Source of the DNA: Polyangiaceae bacterium
GTDB lineage: Bacteria; Myxococcota_A; Polyangia; Polyangiales; Polyangiaceae
Assembly (NCBI GenBank): GCA_050287085.1
Contig: JBNKBE010000015.1
Coordinates: forward strand, 64,001 to 128,000
DNA: 64,000 nt
Direction of reading: 5' to 3'
The translations under genes and the position numbers were made by a program. The notes beneath the pieces were generated by a model, which saw only the letters and a list, made by a program, of their open reading frames with translations, had not been told where the DNA came from and made no database searches. Shown in pieces: positions 1 through 10,500 of the stretch. Position 1 is the first letter of the stretch; the number at the start of each line of letters is the position of its first letter.

Positions 1-218
1 GGGCGCGCGGGCAGAAAGTACATCAACGCCGCAGGGAACCCCGCTGTGCAGATCAGCGCCACCGTCTGGTAGATCAGCATGATGCTGCCCAAGACGCCGA
101 CCTCCGCTTTCCCGAGCAAGCGGACAACGATGAGCAGAACCGCACCCTCAGCTAGGGAGGCGAGATTCTGTCCCATCACCAGAAAGCCCGCCTGACGAGA
201 CGGGGTGGTGTCACTCAA
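1..218 (-). CDS. Oligosaccharide flippase (Wzx/MATE-like), N-terminal part, runs off the window edge
   Basis: Own translation from TTG at 218 (overlaps the glycosyltransferase TGA): SDTTPSRQAGFLVMGQNLASLAEGAVLLIVVRLLGKAEVGVLGSIMLIYQTVALICTAGFPAALMYFLPAR. Hydrophobic helices with an 'RLLG..E.G' pattern typical of Wzx N-termini. Confidence 0.7.
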   Translation of the reverse strand, partial: MSDTTPSRQAGFLVMGQNLASLAEGAVLLIVVRLLGKAEVGVLGSIMLIYQTVALICTAGFPAALMYFLPAR

Positions 219-1153
219 CGGCCATCCCCCCAAGGCATGCGCTTGAAGTCGTCCATCACCCTCGCCCAAGCGGCCAGGTTCTTCTCGAGACTGGCGTTCT
301 CTAGAACCCATTGCCTTGGCGAGTACGTCCGCGATGCTAAGCTCCCCAAGAACTCCGCCACAGCTTGTCGGAGCGCGCTCGCATTGCGGAAAGCGGTCTC
401 TGGGTCAATGGTAGCGACCTGGGACGGCCCCGACGCATCCTGCATCAGACCAACGCGCGTGAAAAGACAGGGCAGGTTCTGCGCCATGGCCTCATTGCAG
501 ACGATGGAATTCCCCTCATACTTGCTCAGGTGCACAAAGGCCGCAGCCTTGCTCATGCGCTCTGGCACTTCGTGAGGTTGGCATGCGAGGGGCTCAAAGC
601 GCCACTCCGGGAAGGCTCGTTGCAGTTGCGCAATCTGACGAGAACCCTTCAGGCTACTGCGGGCGTCATGGAGAACCAGACGGGAACCTGCATTGTCCAA
701 GCGTCCGCTGAAGCGCTCCAAGTCCACGATATGATAGATCACGTGGCGGGCCCCATTACCGTAGTGCTCTTCGAAGGTCCGCGCAATCCACTGGGCACAG
801 GCCACCCACAACGTGTTGCGCCTCCGCGCGGCCTTCTTCTGTCTCCTAGCTAGTTGGAAGTCGGACCAATTCCCCGTGGCGCGCCGTTTGACACTGGCTA
901 CGCCATGCTGAAAACCGATCACCGGTATGTCCTCTGGCCAGTCTAGCACCCAGTGGTTGTCGCAGACCACAGGGAGCCTTTGGGTCCTGACGTAGTCCAA
1001 GTCGATGCTACCGGGCGTCGCAAATTGGACGTCGCGAAAGGCCAGCTGCAGACTGCGAGCGAATGTCTCCACGCCCCCTACGTGGCGCTCAGGATCGTTC
1101 TTGCCATAGTGAACGACCGAATACGGCAATCTCTGGAGTGGCGGGCTGGTCAT
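215..1153 (-). CDS. Glycosyltransferase, GT4-like (GT-B fold)
   Basis: GGVE N-terminal motif and C-terminal 'SKYEGNSIVCNEAMAQNLP' (E-x7-E). Translationally coupled to the flippase. Confidence 0.85.
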   Translation of the reverse strand: MTSPPLQRLPYSVVHYGKNDPERHVGGVETFARSLQLAFRDVQFATPGSIDLDYVRTQRLPVVCDNHWVLDWPEDIPVIGFQHGVASVKRRATGNWSDFQLARRQKKAARRRNTLWVACAQWIARTFEEHYGNGARHVIYHIVDLERFSGRLDNAGSRLVLHDARSSLKGSRQIAQLQRAFPEWRFEPLACQPHEVPERMSKAAAFVHLSKYEGNSIVCNEAMAQNLPCLFTRVGLMQDASGPSQVATIDPETAFRNASALRQAVAEFLGSLASRTYSPRQWVLENASLEKNLAAWARVMDDFKRMPWGDGR

Positions 1154-1738
1154 TCTGCGGTGCGGAGCGATGGTCGAACCACCTCATCTGCCCCCAAACA
1201 CTGGCCGCGCCGGAAATCGAGAGGCTCGCTCGCACGGCTGCTCTGGCGGGCCCCAGGCAGCCCCAGGCTAATGCTGCATCTCATCCGTGCTACGACTACG
1301 TCGCCCGAACGGGGCTGTAAAGCACTAAGCTTGTCCAGCTCTTCTGTCGCAGGTGGGGTGCTCACTGCGCCGCAGTCTGAGCCAAGGGCAATCGAACTGG
1401 CAAAACAGCGCACGGCATGGGACCCGCGGCCGGGGGTACCGCGCCTGAACGCCCGCCTAGCTTCGGGAGCACGGCCCCGCCGGGCCTCGAGTATGCGCTT
1501 CGCTCGCCACATGTCCGCCCCGCTCGGTCCGTATCGTAGGGGCACGGGCAGCTCCCGACATCACGTGCCTCCCGGCTTCGTAGTCGTCAACAAGCCGCTT
1601 GAGCTCGGCCACCGAGGCGATTGCGCTGCGCCGAACCGAGGCGTAGGATGGCCACCTCCACATGAGAGCCAACCAGGCCCGGCGGCAGCGTATCCGTAAC
1701 GGGTGAACAGCGTATCCTGGCAGCCCTCGACCGTTTGA

Positions 1739-2140
1739 ATGACCCCGATGCCGACTCGCCTCGCAGTCCTTTTCTTGCTCGTAGACATTGGGTTTCTGAC
1801 CTACTGGCTGATCACCGCTCTAGGCATATTGCCTGCCGAGTGGCTTTTCAAAGACTACGACAACCCCATCCTACACGCCTGGAACTGGTCCTTTCTTCCG
1901 CTCGACCTCACCGTCTCCGCTACGGGCATGGCAGCCGTCGCTCGCTTCCGAGCCGGCCGCCCATGGCGTTCCCTCTCTATCTTATCCCTGGCCCTGACCA
2001 GCTGCGCCGGGATGCAGGCCATCGCCTTCTGGATCTTGCGACAAGACTTCGACCCGTGGTGGTGGCTCCCGAACCTATTCCTGTTGCTTTATCCGGTCGC
2101 ATATCTTCCGGGCCTCTTGCGTGCGTCAGGCGAGAGCTGA
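1739..2140 (+). CDS. YvaD/DUF5360-family membrane protein
   Basis: 'DIGFLTYW...DYDNPILHAWNWSFLPLDL...GMQAIAFW...FDPWWWLPN' signature, 4 TM segments. Confidence 0.8.
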   Translation: MTPMPTRLAVLFLLVDIGFLTYWLITALGILPAEWLFKDYDNPILHAWNWSFLPLDLTVSATGMAAVARFRAGRPWRSLSILSLALTSCAGMQAIAFWILRQDFDPWWWLPNLFLLLYPVAYLPGLLRASGES

Positions 2141-2247
2141 GCCCCTTCCGTACGCCTCTTGAGGTAAGGCCGTGCCTCCTCCCCAGTGGCCAGCCCCACC
2201 CGCACGCAAAAAGGCCGTCTTCTTACTAGGCCAGAACCTGCATCTCC

Positions 2248-3426
2248 CTATGGCTCACAACCAATGCGCGAACTGGCCAGGGCGATGTCGTCAATCCACG
2301 CGGTGAAGCCGCTGTCCGCCGTCTGATAGTTGGACCAACCGAATGACCAGCTGTCAAAGCGCTCTGGGATCTCAGTACCGTCGTAGTTCCCCGGGCCGTT
2401 GCTCTTGACGATCGAATCGACCCGGGCACCATCCACGAAGAATTCGTAGACTTGATTGCTGGCATCCAAGTGCCACTCCGCGCACGTCCAGGTATCCGAA
2501 TACCGATAGTCGTAGGTGCTTCCCTGACCGAACTCACCGCGGTTCTGCGGTTGAACGTTGTAGAGGTACTGGTGATTGCCGTTCGCGTCGAGAACCGTGT
2601 CGACCACCCGCACCTCGATCGGATCGCCCAGGGGGCTGCTCGCGGTGCCGGCCACCAGGGTCGAGTGGATCACCCCGCCGCGGGGCACCGGGTGTGGCAA
2701 CTGCACCCTGAAAAAGATGCGACCCCACTGCTCGCTCCCAAGCGCCTCGAAGGCGCTGCGAGCGAGGTTGATGCGCCGCGGACCGTTGGGTTCGGGCTCG
2801 ATGCGTAGCGAGCGAACGCCGCCGTGTGCTTGATCGCTGGCCACCCCGACGCGACCGGTGTTGGTGAAGTCCTGAGGAATGCTCCCTTCCGGGGTCGCCT
2901 CGAAGTCTTCACACACGACCACGTCAGCGCGATCGCAGATCGACGGCGGGTTCTGGGGCGGGATTGCTGGGTCTGAACCGCCCTCAGCCCCCGCACCGCC
3001 CGCACCGCCCTCGGCCCCCGCACCGCCCTCGCCCGTGTCAGTCGTGCCGCCTTCCGCCGGCGGCGCTGGCCCCGCGCCGCCGATCGCCAAGTCTCCACCT
3101 CCACCGGACAGAGCGCCCTCGGTGCAGGGCGGGCTTCCGCCGGAACCGTTCCCCGCGCAGGTCGGCGCGCTCGGAGGCGGGGTGGTCCCCGAAGCTGCAG
3201 GGGCGCTCGAGTTCGAAGCTCCGCCAGAAGGAAGAAGGCTCATATCCCCGGGTACGGGCGTCCCCGAGGGAACGCTGGAGCCCACAGGCATGCCGGGGGG
3301 CCCCAGGGGGTTGGAGCCCTCCTCGGCGCAGCCCGAGAGCATAAGGGAGAAGCTGACCGGAATTCCCATCACGATGGGGGCGCGGAGGGATCTGGTCATT
3401 CGCGGGTGGCTCCCGTGGAGGCTCAA
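2248..3426 (-). CDS. Lipoprotein with Gly/Pro/Ser-rich tether and C-terminal Cip1-like (cellulose-induced protein 1) beta-sandwich
   Basis: Lipobox LSGC. The C-domain 'CEDFE...AHGGVRSL...WTCAEWHLD...FGWSNY...AWIDDIALASSRIGC' parallels the fungal Cip1 core as recalled (FGWEAY...WFDDISIASTRVGC). Start overlaps the DUF1552 stop; the true start may be slightly downstream. Confidence 0.7.
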   Translation of the reverse strand: MSLHGSHPRMTRSLRAPIVMGIPVSFSLMLSGCAEEGSNPLGPPGMPVGSSVPSGTPVPGDMSLLPSGGASNSSAPAASGTTPPPSAPTCAGNGSGGSPPCTEGALSGGGGDLAIGGAGPAPPAEGGTTDTGEGGAGAEGGAGGAGAEGGSDPAIPPQNPPSICDRADVVVCEDFEATPEGSIPQDFTNTGRVGVASDQAHGGVRSLRIEPEPNGPRRINLARSAFEALGSEQWGRIFFRVQLPHPVPRGGVIHSTLVAGTASSPLGDPIEVRVVDTVLDANGNHQYLYNVQPQNRGEFGQGSTYDYRYSDTWTCAEWHLDASNQVYEFFVDGARVDSIVKSNGPGNYDGTEIPERFDSWSFGWSNYQTADSGFTAWIDDIALASSRIGCEP

Positions 3427-4835
3427 GCCTTCAGTTCGGTGAATTCGCCAGTCGGGCCCGAACCGAACCCTTGAGTGGGAACGCCCACGGCGTTGAGTAC
3501 CGTAGCCAGCATCTTGTTGCTGTTGCCGTTAGCCCCCTCGACGCCCGCGATGTCGGCTGTACTGCCCTCGATGAGAATCGACTGGCCCAACTTGAAGTAG
3601 CCCGCGCCGCCAGCGACGATCAGCGGCAGGTCACCCGTCGTGTGGCCCGCCCCGTGCGAGAATTCGTTGGTGTAGAGCACGACGGTGTTGTCCAGAAGCG
3701 TCGTGCCGCTGCCCTCGGCATACCCATCGAGCAGGTCGAGAAGTTTGCGGAACTCGGTGAGGTTCCAGCGATCTATGTCGAACAGCATGTCCTTGTAGCC
3801 GTTCACGACCGCGTCGTTGAAGTCCTCAGTCGTGCCGTGCGAGAGCGGGTGATGCCGGTAGCTGTGGTTGATACCGTCCCACTGATACATCGGCGAACCT
3901 GCGACGGCCGCCCCCCACTGGAGCACTGCTGAACGCGTGTACCCGCAGGCAAGAGCTAGCGCGGTGAGCTTGACGTGCAGTCGCGCCACGGTCGGGAAGT
4001 TCTCGTTCGCCTCGACACGAGACGAGTCCAGGCCCTCGAGTTGACTTGCCGTGTCTGCGTCGAACGCGCAGCTGACGAACTCAGGCTGAGACATGCCTGT
4101 CTCCACGTCTCGTACCAGGTCGAAGTGAGCCTGCAGTTTCTGCTGATCGGCGCGACTCAGGTTAACGCCCTCAAGCTCCACGAACTCCGCGCGCACCAAG
4201 TCGATGACGCTTTGGCGCTTGGCGAGCAAACGTTCCGCCACGGGGTCGACTTCAGCGCCGGGCGTCTGCGCCACGACCTCCCCCCCGACGATGCTGCGGT
4301 AGGCTCGATACGGATCCGATTCTGCGTCCACCATCTGCCCAGGGGCCCGATACGAGATGCTGTTGAACATCGGCACCCCCAGATCGCGTCCGCCAGGCCT
4401 GAGCACGAGAGCCTCTCGCCCCGCTGGATTCAGGGCGCTCGCAATCATCTGGTCAACCGAGACACCTTCGGCCAGCGAGGTACCCTCACTGATCGCCGCC
4501 GCAGTAAGCGCCTGCCCCGTTCCCTGGAGATGACCCGTCCAGGTGCCGCTCGGGTAGCCGTGAACTCCGCGCGGAATCAAGATGCGGTCAGCGTAGTCCT
4601 GGAGCGGCTCGACACCGAGCCCCGCGAACGATTGGGCGTCGAAGGCACCTATGGTCGGCCAGAAGCGATCGGTCTCGACGCCGCTGGAGCAATGGAAACA
4701 CAGAAAGCGCGGGGTTCGGGTGGTCGCCGCGTGAAGCGGTGCGCTGCCGATGCTTTCAAGGAAGGGAAGCCCGAGGGTGACGCCCGCGAAGCCTCGCAGG
4801 AAACTCCGTCGCTGAAGGAACTTTGCTCTAGTCAT
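3423..4835 (-). CDS. DUF1552 family protein, Tat-exported
   Basis: Twin-arginine 'QRRSFLRG..LGLPFLES', plus 'SVDQMIA', 'HPLSH', 'TLLDNTVVLYTNEFSHG' and 'LPLIVAGGAG'. Confidence 0.9.
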   Translation of the reverse strand: MTRAKFLQRRSFLRGFAGVTLGLPFLESIGSAPLHAATTRTPRFLCFHCSSGVETDRFWPTIGAFDAQSFAGLGVEPLQDYADRILIPRGVHGYPSGTWTGHLQGTGQALTAAAISEGTSLAEGVSVDQMIASALNPAGREALVLRPGGRDLGVPMFNSISYRAPGQMVDAESDPYRAYRSIVGGEVVAQTPGAEVDPVAERLLAKRQSVIDLVRAEFVELEGVNLSRADQQKLQAHFDLVRDVETGMSQPEFVSCAFDADTASQLEGLDSSRVEANENFPTVARLHVKLTALALACGYTRSAVLQWGAAVAGSPMYQWDGINHSYRHHPLSHGTTEDFNDAVVNGYKDMLFDIDRWNLTEFRKLLDLLDGYAEGSGTTLLDNTVVLYTNEFSHGAGHTTGDLPLIVAGGAGYFKLGQSILIEGSTADIAGVEGANGNSNKMLATVLNAVGVPTQGFGSGPTGEFTELKA

Positions 4836-4845
4836 GTCGAGATGC

Positions 4846-6612
4846 CTATTCGATCGCTGGCAGGTGAGAGAAAGCGGCGCTCCCCGTCAAATCGACGAGG
4901 AGCTTGCGCACGCCGTAGTCTTCGGAGGCCAGCTTCTCAGCGAGCGCGCTCAGAAGCTGCGAGTCCTCGGCCGCGGGCTCGCGCCCGTATGCATACTGAA
5001 ACCAGTTCTTGGCGTAGCAAGCGCCCAGCTCGGGCGAGGATGCCAGCTGGGCCGCCAGGTCCTTGGCTCCGTCGAAAGCGAGGGCCTTGCCGCCGAGCTT
5101 CATCGTCCCCTGGACGTCGACGGCGCCCCCATGGTCTGTCGTGCGGGCCGCGCCAATGGCGTCGAAGCCTTCGAAGGCGAAACCTACGGGATTGATGAGG
5201 CCATGGCAGCCCGAGCACGCAGGCATAGACGTCTTCCAGGTGAAGAAGTCGCGGGTGGTCACGAGCGGCGTCTCCGAGGGCGGAGGTTCCTGTTGGGCGG
5301 CGTTTGCCGGAGGAGTCGGAATGACCTGGCACAACAAGCGCCGGAGCACGAAGACCCCCCGCAAGATCGGAGAGGTCGTCGTGCTTGAGGAGGTATGGCC
5401 CAACAAGAAGCTTCCCTGGGTGAGCAGCCCGCTCCGCACTCCGTCGGTGAGCTCGACGCGCTGCAACTCGCTTCCAAAATCACCCTCGACGCCGTACAGA
5501 GGCGCCAAGTTGGAATCCACGAAGGTGTAGTTGGCGGTCAGCAGCTCGGCGATCCCGCCATCGTTGTTCAGCGTGACTTCTTCAACGAAGCGCAGGGTTT
5601 CTGCCCGCATCGAGTTCGCGAGCTCGGGCGTGTAGCTCGGGAATACGGTCACGTCTTTGCTCACGCCGTCCAGGGCATCGAACTCGAGCCAGCGCTGATG
5701 GAAGTCGACGACTCGCTCCTTGACTTCCGGCAGCGCCACGAGCCGTTCCGCTTGCGCGGCGATCTGCTCTGGCGTCGAGAGCTCCTGGGCGCCCGCGGCC
5801 GCCAGCAATTCATCGTCGGGGGTGGTTCCCAAGAGCATGAAAGCTAGGCGCGTCGCGACCTCGTAGTCGGTCAACGGTGTGCCGAGGCTGTCGGCGTCCG
5901 CTTTGCCTCGCTCGATTCGATACAGGAAATTGGGCGATTGCAGCATCGCCTCGACGATGACCTGCACCCCATCCGCGAAGGCGTTGCCGCTGGCGATAAG
6001 CTCCGGTGCCTTGTCGAAGAGGTTGCGGTACCGCTCGAGTTCCGAATCCGTCAGGGGACGCCGAAATGCACGCAACCCGAAGTCCTGAAGGAAGGTGTCC
6101 CGGCACGCCGGCTCGGTCTCGGAGCAACCGACGACCTGTGCGTAAGCGCTGGGAGTGGCAACCAGGTTGGCGGCCACATCCGCGGCAGATCGGAGCATCT
6201 CATTGTAGAGGCGTTCGTTCACCCGCAGAGTGTCGGTGGCGTAGTAGCCATCTAGGGTTGCCTGCTCATCCGGGAATTGAGCCGCGGGTGAGATCTCGAG
6301 ATGAACCAGATCGGAGACGGCTCGCTCGTACTCCGCATAGGTAAGGCGCGCGGCGCGAGTCCCGGACTCGGCAGCTCCAGAGCCTCCCGACGATGGAGCA
6401 TTATCGGGATCTCCCGAGGAGGGACCCTTGGCGGGATCTCCCGCGACCGGCGCCCCTGAACCGTCGACCATACTCCCCGGCGGCGAGTTGGCATTGGAGT
6501 CGGTCCCCGGGCTTGGGTCGGCTAGGCTGCCCGACCCACATGCGGTAGCTCCCGCGCTCAGGCTCAGCGCAACCCAAACGCTCGACCATTTCCGTTTGTT
6601 AGCTCGTGTCAC
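4846..6612 (-). CDS. DUF1592/DUF1588/DUF1595/DUF1587/DUF1585 multi-domain lipoprotein with CxxCH
   Basis: Lipobox ATAC, 'RLTYAEYERAVSDL', 'AFRRPL', 'LQSPNFLY', 'ATRLAFML...PDDELL', 'SPILRG', 'CSGCHGLINPVGFAFEGFDAIG'. Confidence 0.9.
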   Translation of the reverse strand: MTRANKRKWSSVWVALSLSAGATACGSGSLADPSPGTDSNANSPPGSMVDGSGAPVAGDPAKGPSSGDPDNAPSSGGSGAAESGTRAARLTYAEYERAVSDLVHLEISPAAQFPDEQATLDGYYATDTLRVNERLYNEMLRSAADVAANLVATPSAYAQVVGCSETEPACRDTFLQDFGLRAFRRPLTDSELERYRNLFDKAPELIASGNAFADGVQVIVEAMLQSPNFLYRIERGKADADSLGTPLTDYEVATRLAFMLLGTTPDDELLAAAGAQELSTPEQIAAQAERLVALPEVKERVVDFHQRWLEFDALDGVSKDVTVFPSYTPELANSMRAETLRFVEEVTLNNDGGIAELLTANYTFVDSNLAPLYGVEGDFGSELQRVELTDGVRSGLLTQGSFLLGHTSSSTTTSPILRGVFVLRRLLCQVIPTPPANAAQQEPPPSETPLVTTRDFFTWKTSMPACSGCHGLINPVGFAFEGFDAIGAARTTDHGGAVDVQGTMKLGGKALAFDGAKDLAAQLASSPELGACYAKNWFQYAYGREPAAEDSQLLSALAEKLASEDYGVRKLLVDLTGSAAFSHLPAIE

Positions 6613-6687
6613 AGCTTCTCTTTTCCGTCTTGGCTCGCCAGTGGCGCTGGCATTCCGGATGGTTTAGCGCACACGTCGGTGAGTGCT

Positions 6688-6763
6688 CACCAAAGAATGC
6701 GTGTGGTGAACACAAAGAAGGCGTGTGATCACAAGGAATGCGCTCGATGGTCACAAAGAGTGC
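6688..6763. repeat. Four imperfect direct repeats (consensus CAAAGAATGC) upstream of the DUF1592 operon
   Basis: caaagaatgc 6691, caaagaaggc 6713, caaggaatgc 6732, caaagagtgc 6754. Spacings are 22/19/22 bp, and each copy is preceded by CA or CAC. Confidence 0.7.
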
Positions 6764-7010
6764 ATTCTGCGATCGCACCGGGTCGTTGCGCGTAGCCTAG
6801 TCGGGGCCATCCGGACGCCCCTGGGGCAATTCAGCATTCGCATCGGAATGAACCGAGTGGCCAAGGGATCACTCGGCACGCGTTCTGACAGACCCAGGCG
6901 CCGCGCGACGTTGCCCAATGCCTTCGCCGGTCGAATAGCACAACAACTTTCCGTTGGGGATCCCTACACGCCAGCGCAAAGGTCTCATCAAGGGGCAGCT
7001 CCAAGCACGA

Positions 7011-7348
7011 ATGGTAGTGGGCGACGTTTTCTGGACAGATTTCGGAGAGCCGACGGGGTCGCAACCTGGCTTCATCCGTCCGGTAGTGCTCGTCCCGTCC
7101 GACGCCTTCAACTTGAGCGCGATTGCTACCGTTGTCGTAGTACCCCTTGCGTCGAATCTGCGTCTTGCACGCTTTCCCGGAAACGTACTTTCTCGTCCAG
7201 GTCGACTGGTATACCCAAGGATTCGGTTGCAAACCTATCGCCAGTCACCACCGCAGATCGCCTGCAGCTAGGTGAACAGTTCGGCGCTCGCGCGAAAAGC
7301 AAGCGCGCCTCCGTTCTGAATGGTGTCGCAGTTGTCTTGGATAGATGA
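7011..7348 (+). pseudogene. PemK/MazF-family toxin, frameshifted
   Basis: ATG 7011 gives 'MVVGDVFWTDFGEPTGSQPGFIRPVVLV...VVVVPLASNLRLARFPGNVL'. It continues in another frame after ~7190 as 'STGIPKDSVANLSPVTTADR' to TGA 7348. Confidence 0.8.
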
Positions 7349-7527
7349 GGTACCGAGACACCACGACGTTTGGGACGTTGGTCATCAGCGGTCACCGTGG
7401 AGGCCAGATTTGGTTTAACGGGCGCGTCGCGCTTCTTCGATTGCTGCGACGAGTTGGTCCGTGACTAACAATCCACCAGAGCACCGCGTCGCTTTCGCGG
7501 TGGGACAATTGCTGCTACGGTGGATGC

Positions 7528-10500
7528 GTGTTGCGCAGAAGCTTTGGGGCGTCGGTGGTTGCTGCGATAGCAATATCGGCCTGTGTTGACGGTGAATCGA
7601 CGAGCGGTGCAAACGATTCAGCGAACGCGATGGGGCAGGACGCCGGAGTCGACGGCTCGTGTGCAGCGGCCGATTGCCCCGACAATGGCGGGACTCACAA
7701 CATGGGGACGGACGAGCCCGCAGGGTCGGGCGCCAGCGGAGAGGCTGGCGATAAGCCGAACACCGACGCCGGTGAGGGCGCTGGGGGAGCGTCGCCCAGA
7801 GGGGGGGCTGGAGGAGAAGCGTCGGGGGGTGGGAATGAGACGAGCGGTGGCGGACAGAGCACCGGTGGGACTGAAGACGACGTGTCGAGCGACAGCGCGG
7901 GCGACGCGTCGGGTGGCAGCGGTGAAGTCACCGCCGGTAGCGGCGGGACCGGCGGCAACGCGGCGGGCGGCAATGCTGGGGATGCCGCCGGTGGCGGCGG
8001 AGGCGACATGACCGGCGGCAGCGGCGGCAATGGCGGGACCGGCGGCAATGGCGGGACCGGCGGGACCGGCGGCAATGGCGGCAATGGCGGCAATGATGCG
8101 AGCAGTTGCGGGGATGGCGTATTGGACGCCAGCGAGGAGTGTGACCCTGCGCGCGAATTCGGAGCGCCGTCGTGTTCCGCCGAATGTGAATTACCGTCTT
8201 GCGGTGATGGCATACGCCAATCCGGAGAATGGTGCGACGACGGCAACACCACTGACGGTGACGGATGTGACAACACCTGCCGCGGACGTTGCGCGACGGG
8301 CCCAGCGTTGCGCGATGTATCCAGTTGTCTGGAGTCCAGATACTGGCATCACCCGACTCGCTGTGGATTAACAGCCGAGACCTTCGTCGACGTCACTTGC
8401 TGTCTGGAGCCGGATACCCTAGATCCGAACTGCCCGCAAAGCTACCCGTTCAGCGTTTCGTTTCCCATGGCAAGCCAAGGAGATGACCTGGATTGGAGGC
8501 AGGAGGACATCGCCTCATTGGCGAGCACGGAATGCCGCCCAGTCGTCCTGACGGTGGAGCCCAAGGCGGCGGTAACCGGAGGGTTCGTATCTGGAACCGC
8601 TGTGCCGCAAATCGACTTCGCCGGATTGGACACCCAAAGGGGCCCTACGGTTGTCATCGGTCCGGAGGATCCGCCACAGAACCCGACCTTCATCAGCGTG
8701 GATCAACCCGTGGCGGGCGTCACCCTGGACTACCGTGTCGACGTTTGTACAACCAGCAGCTGCACTGCCAGGATTTCGGATGGCACCATTCAGTTCCACT
8801 TCACGGAGTTTCTGCCCGACACCTTGGTCGAATCGGAGAACCCGCTCGAAGCGCCCCAGGTTGCCGGAGATCTGGCTCAGGTCTTCGTAGCATACCGCGA
8901 GGTCATTGCTGGACAAGGACAAGCAATGCTGGTGAGCGGGACGCTCCCGACAGTCGAAGGCAAGTTCATTTTGGGAGAGCCGAACTATCAAGCCCAGAGC
9001 GGCCCACTGCTGCTTTCCGCAAGTGGTGCTGACGCGAAGTGGATCAGTCTAGCCCACTTCCCCGATGACGAAGCCACGGCGGGCCCCACGCACGTCGTGT
9101 GGATCGAGGATGACAGCGAACTGCATCACGTAGTGGTCGCCGACAACGGCACGGTGCTGGCTAAACAGCTACTACATTCGGGAACGGAGCTCGCTGAGGC
9201 TCAAATAGCCGCCGTCAGCGCGACCGAAGCCGGACTCATCTTCACGGAAAACGTGGCGGGGACGCGCAGGCTTCAGCTGCTTTCGATAGATGTTTCGGGA
9301 AGCCTGGGCGCCCTTCAGACGATCACCGCAGCCGATGTATCCGCCAGTGAACCTCACTTGGAAGCTCAGCCCGAGCTCATCTGGATCCAGAGCGATTCGC
9401 AGGGCAAACGGGAAGTGTGGTCTCAACAGTTTGACCCCTGGACTCTTTCGCTCGGCGGACGGCTTCCGAAGCCGAGTTCGCCAAACGCCGTCTCACCAAG
9501 CCATCCAGTGGTGACACCTTCTGGGCATGTGTACACGGACACCTCGGCAGAAGGCACCGACCTATTTCTCAGTGACCCAAGTCGGCCGCTGAAGCTGACG
9601 AAGGGAGGTGTCAGCTCGAAAGCGGTCGCGCCCGTCAATCCAACGGGCTCACTGCTGCTTGGTTGGCAGACCGACGGCCAGATGGACTCTGTGCGGATCA
9701 GCTATCTTCGCACAGACGGGTTGACGACGCCCCAGCCTCTGAGTTTGGCGTGTTCCACCCAAGACACCCAAGACCTCTCGCTCGAACACCTCGGAGTCTA
9801 CTACCTCGAGCAGAACAGCGGCGCCTTGTACTCGATTCCTTTGGTGTACGGCGTCTGGGTCGAGGGCAAGCGCATCGTTGGCAAGCAGATCCCCAACCAA
9901 GGCATGCGCACCGCGGCACGCTGCCCCGCTGGAGAAAACTACTGCAACGGCTTTCTGGAAGTACGAAGCTGCGACGCGAACGGTGTGAGCAATACCTTGG
10001 TCGAGCGCTGCCCGTTTCCGGAGCGCTGCGACAGCGAAACCGTCAGCTGCCGCTGCGATCCGGGCCCTACTTGCCAGGGAGACCTGGCCGTGACCTGCCT
10101 GCCAGATGGAACCTATGCTGACGATGCCATCGATTGCACGACTTCCGGATCCCACTGCGTAGACGGCGCATGCCACTTCCCCTGGTACGCGGAAGACTTC
10201 GAGAATGGGCTGGTCGTCGATTGGTTTGCTGACGGGCAGGCTCAGTTCTTTGCTAGCGCTCAGGCCGCCGCTGCTGGCACGAGCTTTGGACTCAGCCTGT
10301 ATACTCCAAAGGGTACGGGTGAACTCTACCGCTATTTCCACACCGGCGTTAGACCTGTACGCGTTGCCTTCTACTGGCGCTCGAGTCAGGCGGCGAGCTA
10401 CGACGGGCCGCGCACGATCCTTGAAGGCACAATGGGCTCGGTCGAGCTATTTCTCGATAGAGAAGCGGTGCGAGTGGGCGAGCGAACGCGACCCGCTTCC

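Noticed and set aside
1150..1700. Overlapping short minus-strand ORFs (e.g. 'AELKRLVDDYEAG', 'DMWRAKRILEARR')
   Set aside because: They could be a frameshifted remnant, but no family motif was recognisable and there is no consistent start.
3975..5530. Long plus-strand ORFs (406, 184 and 155 aa)
   Set aside because: Antisense shadows of the DUF1552/DUF1592 genes, expected in high-GC DNA.
6688..6763. Repeat array as a mini-CRISPR
   Set aside because: Repeats are ~10 bp and degenerate, gaps are 9-12 bp, and there are no cas genes.
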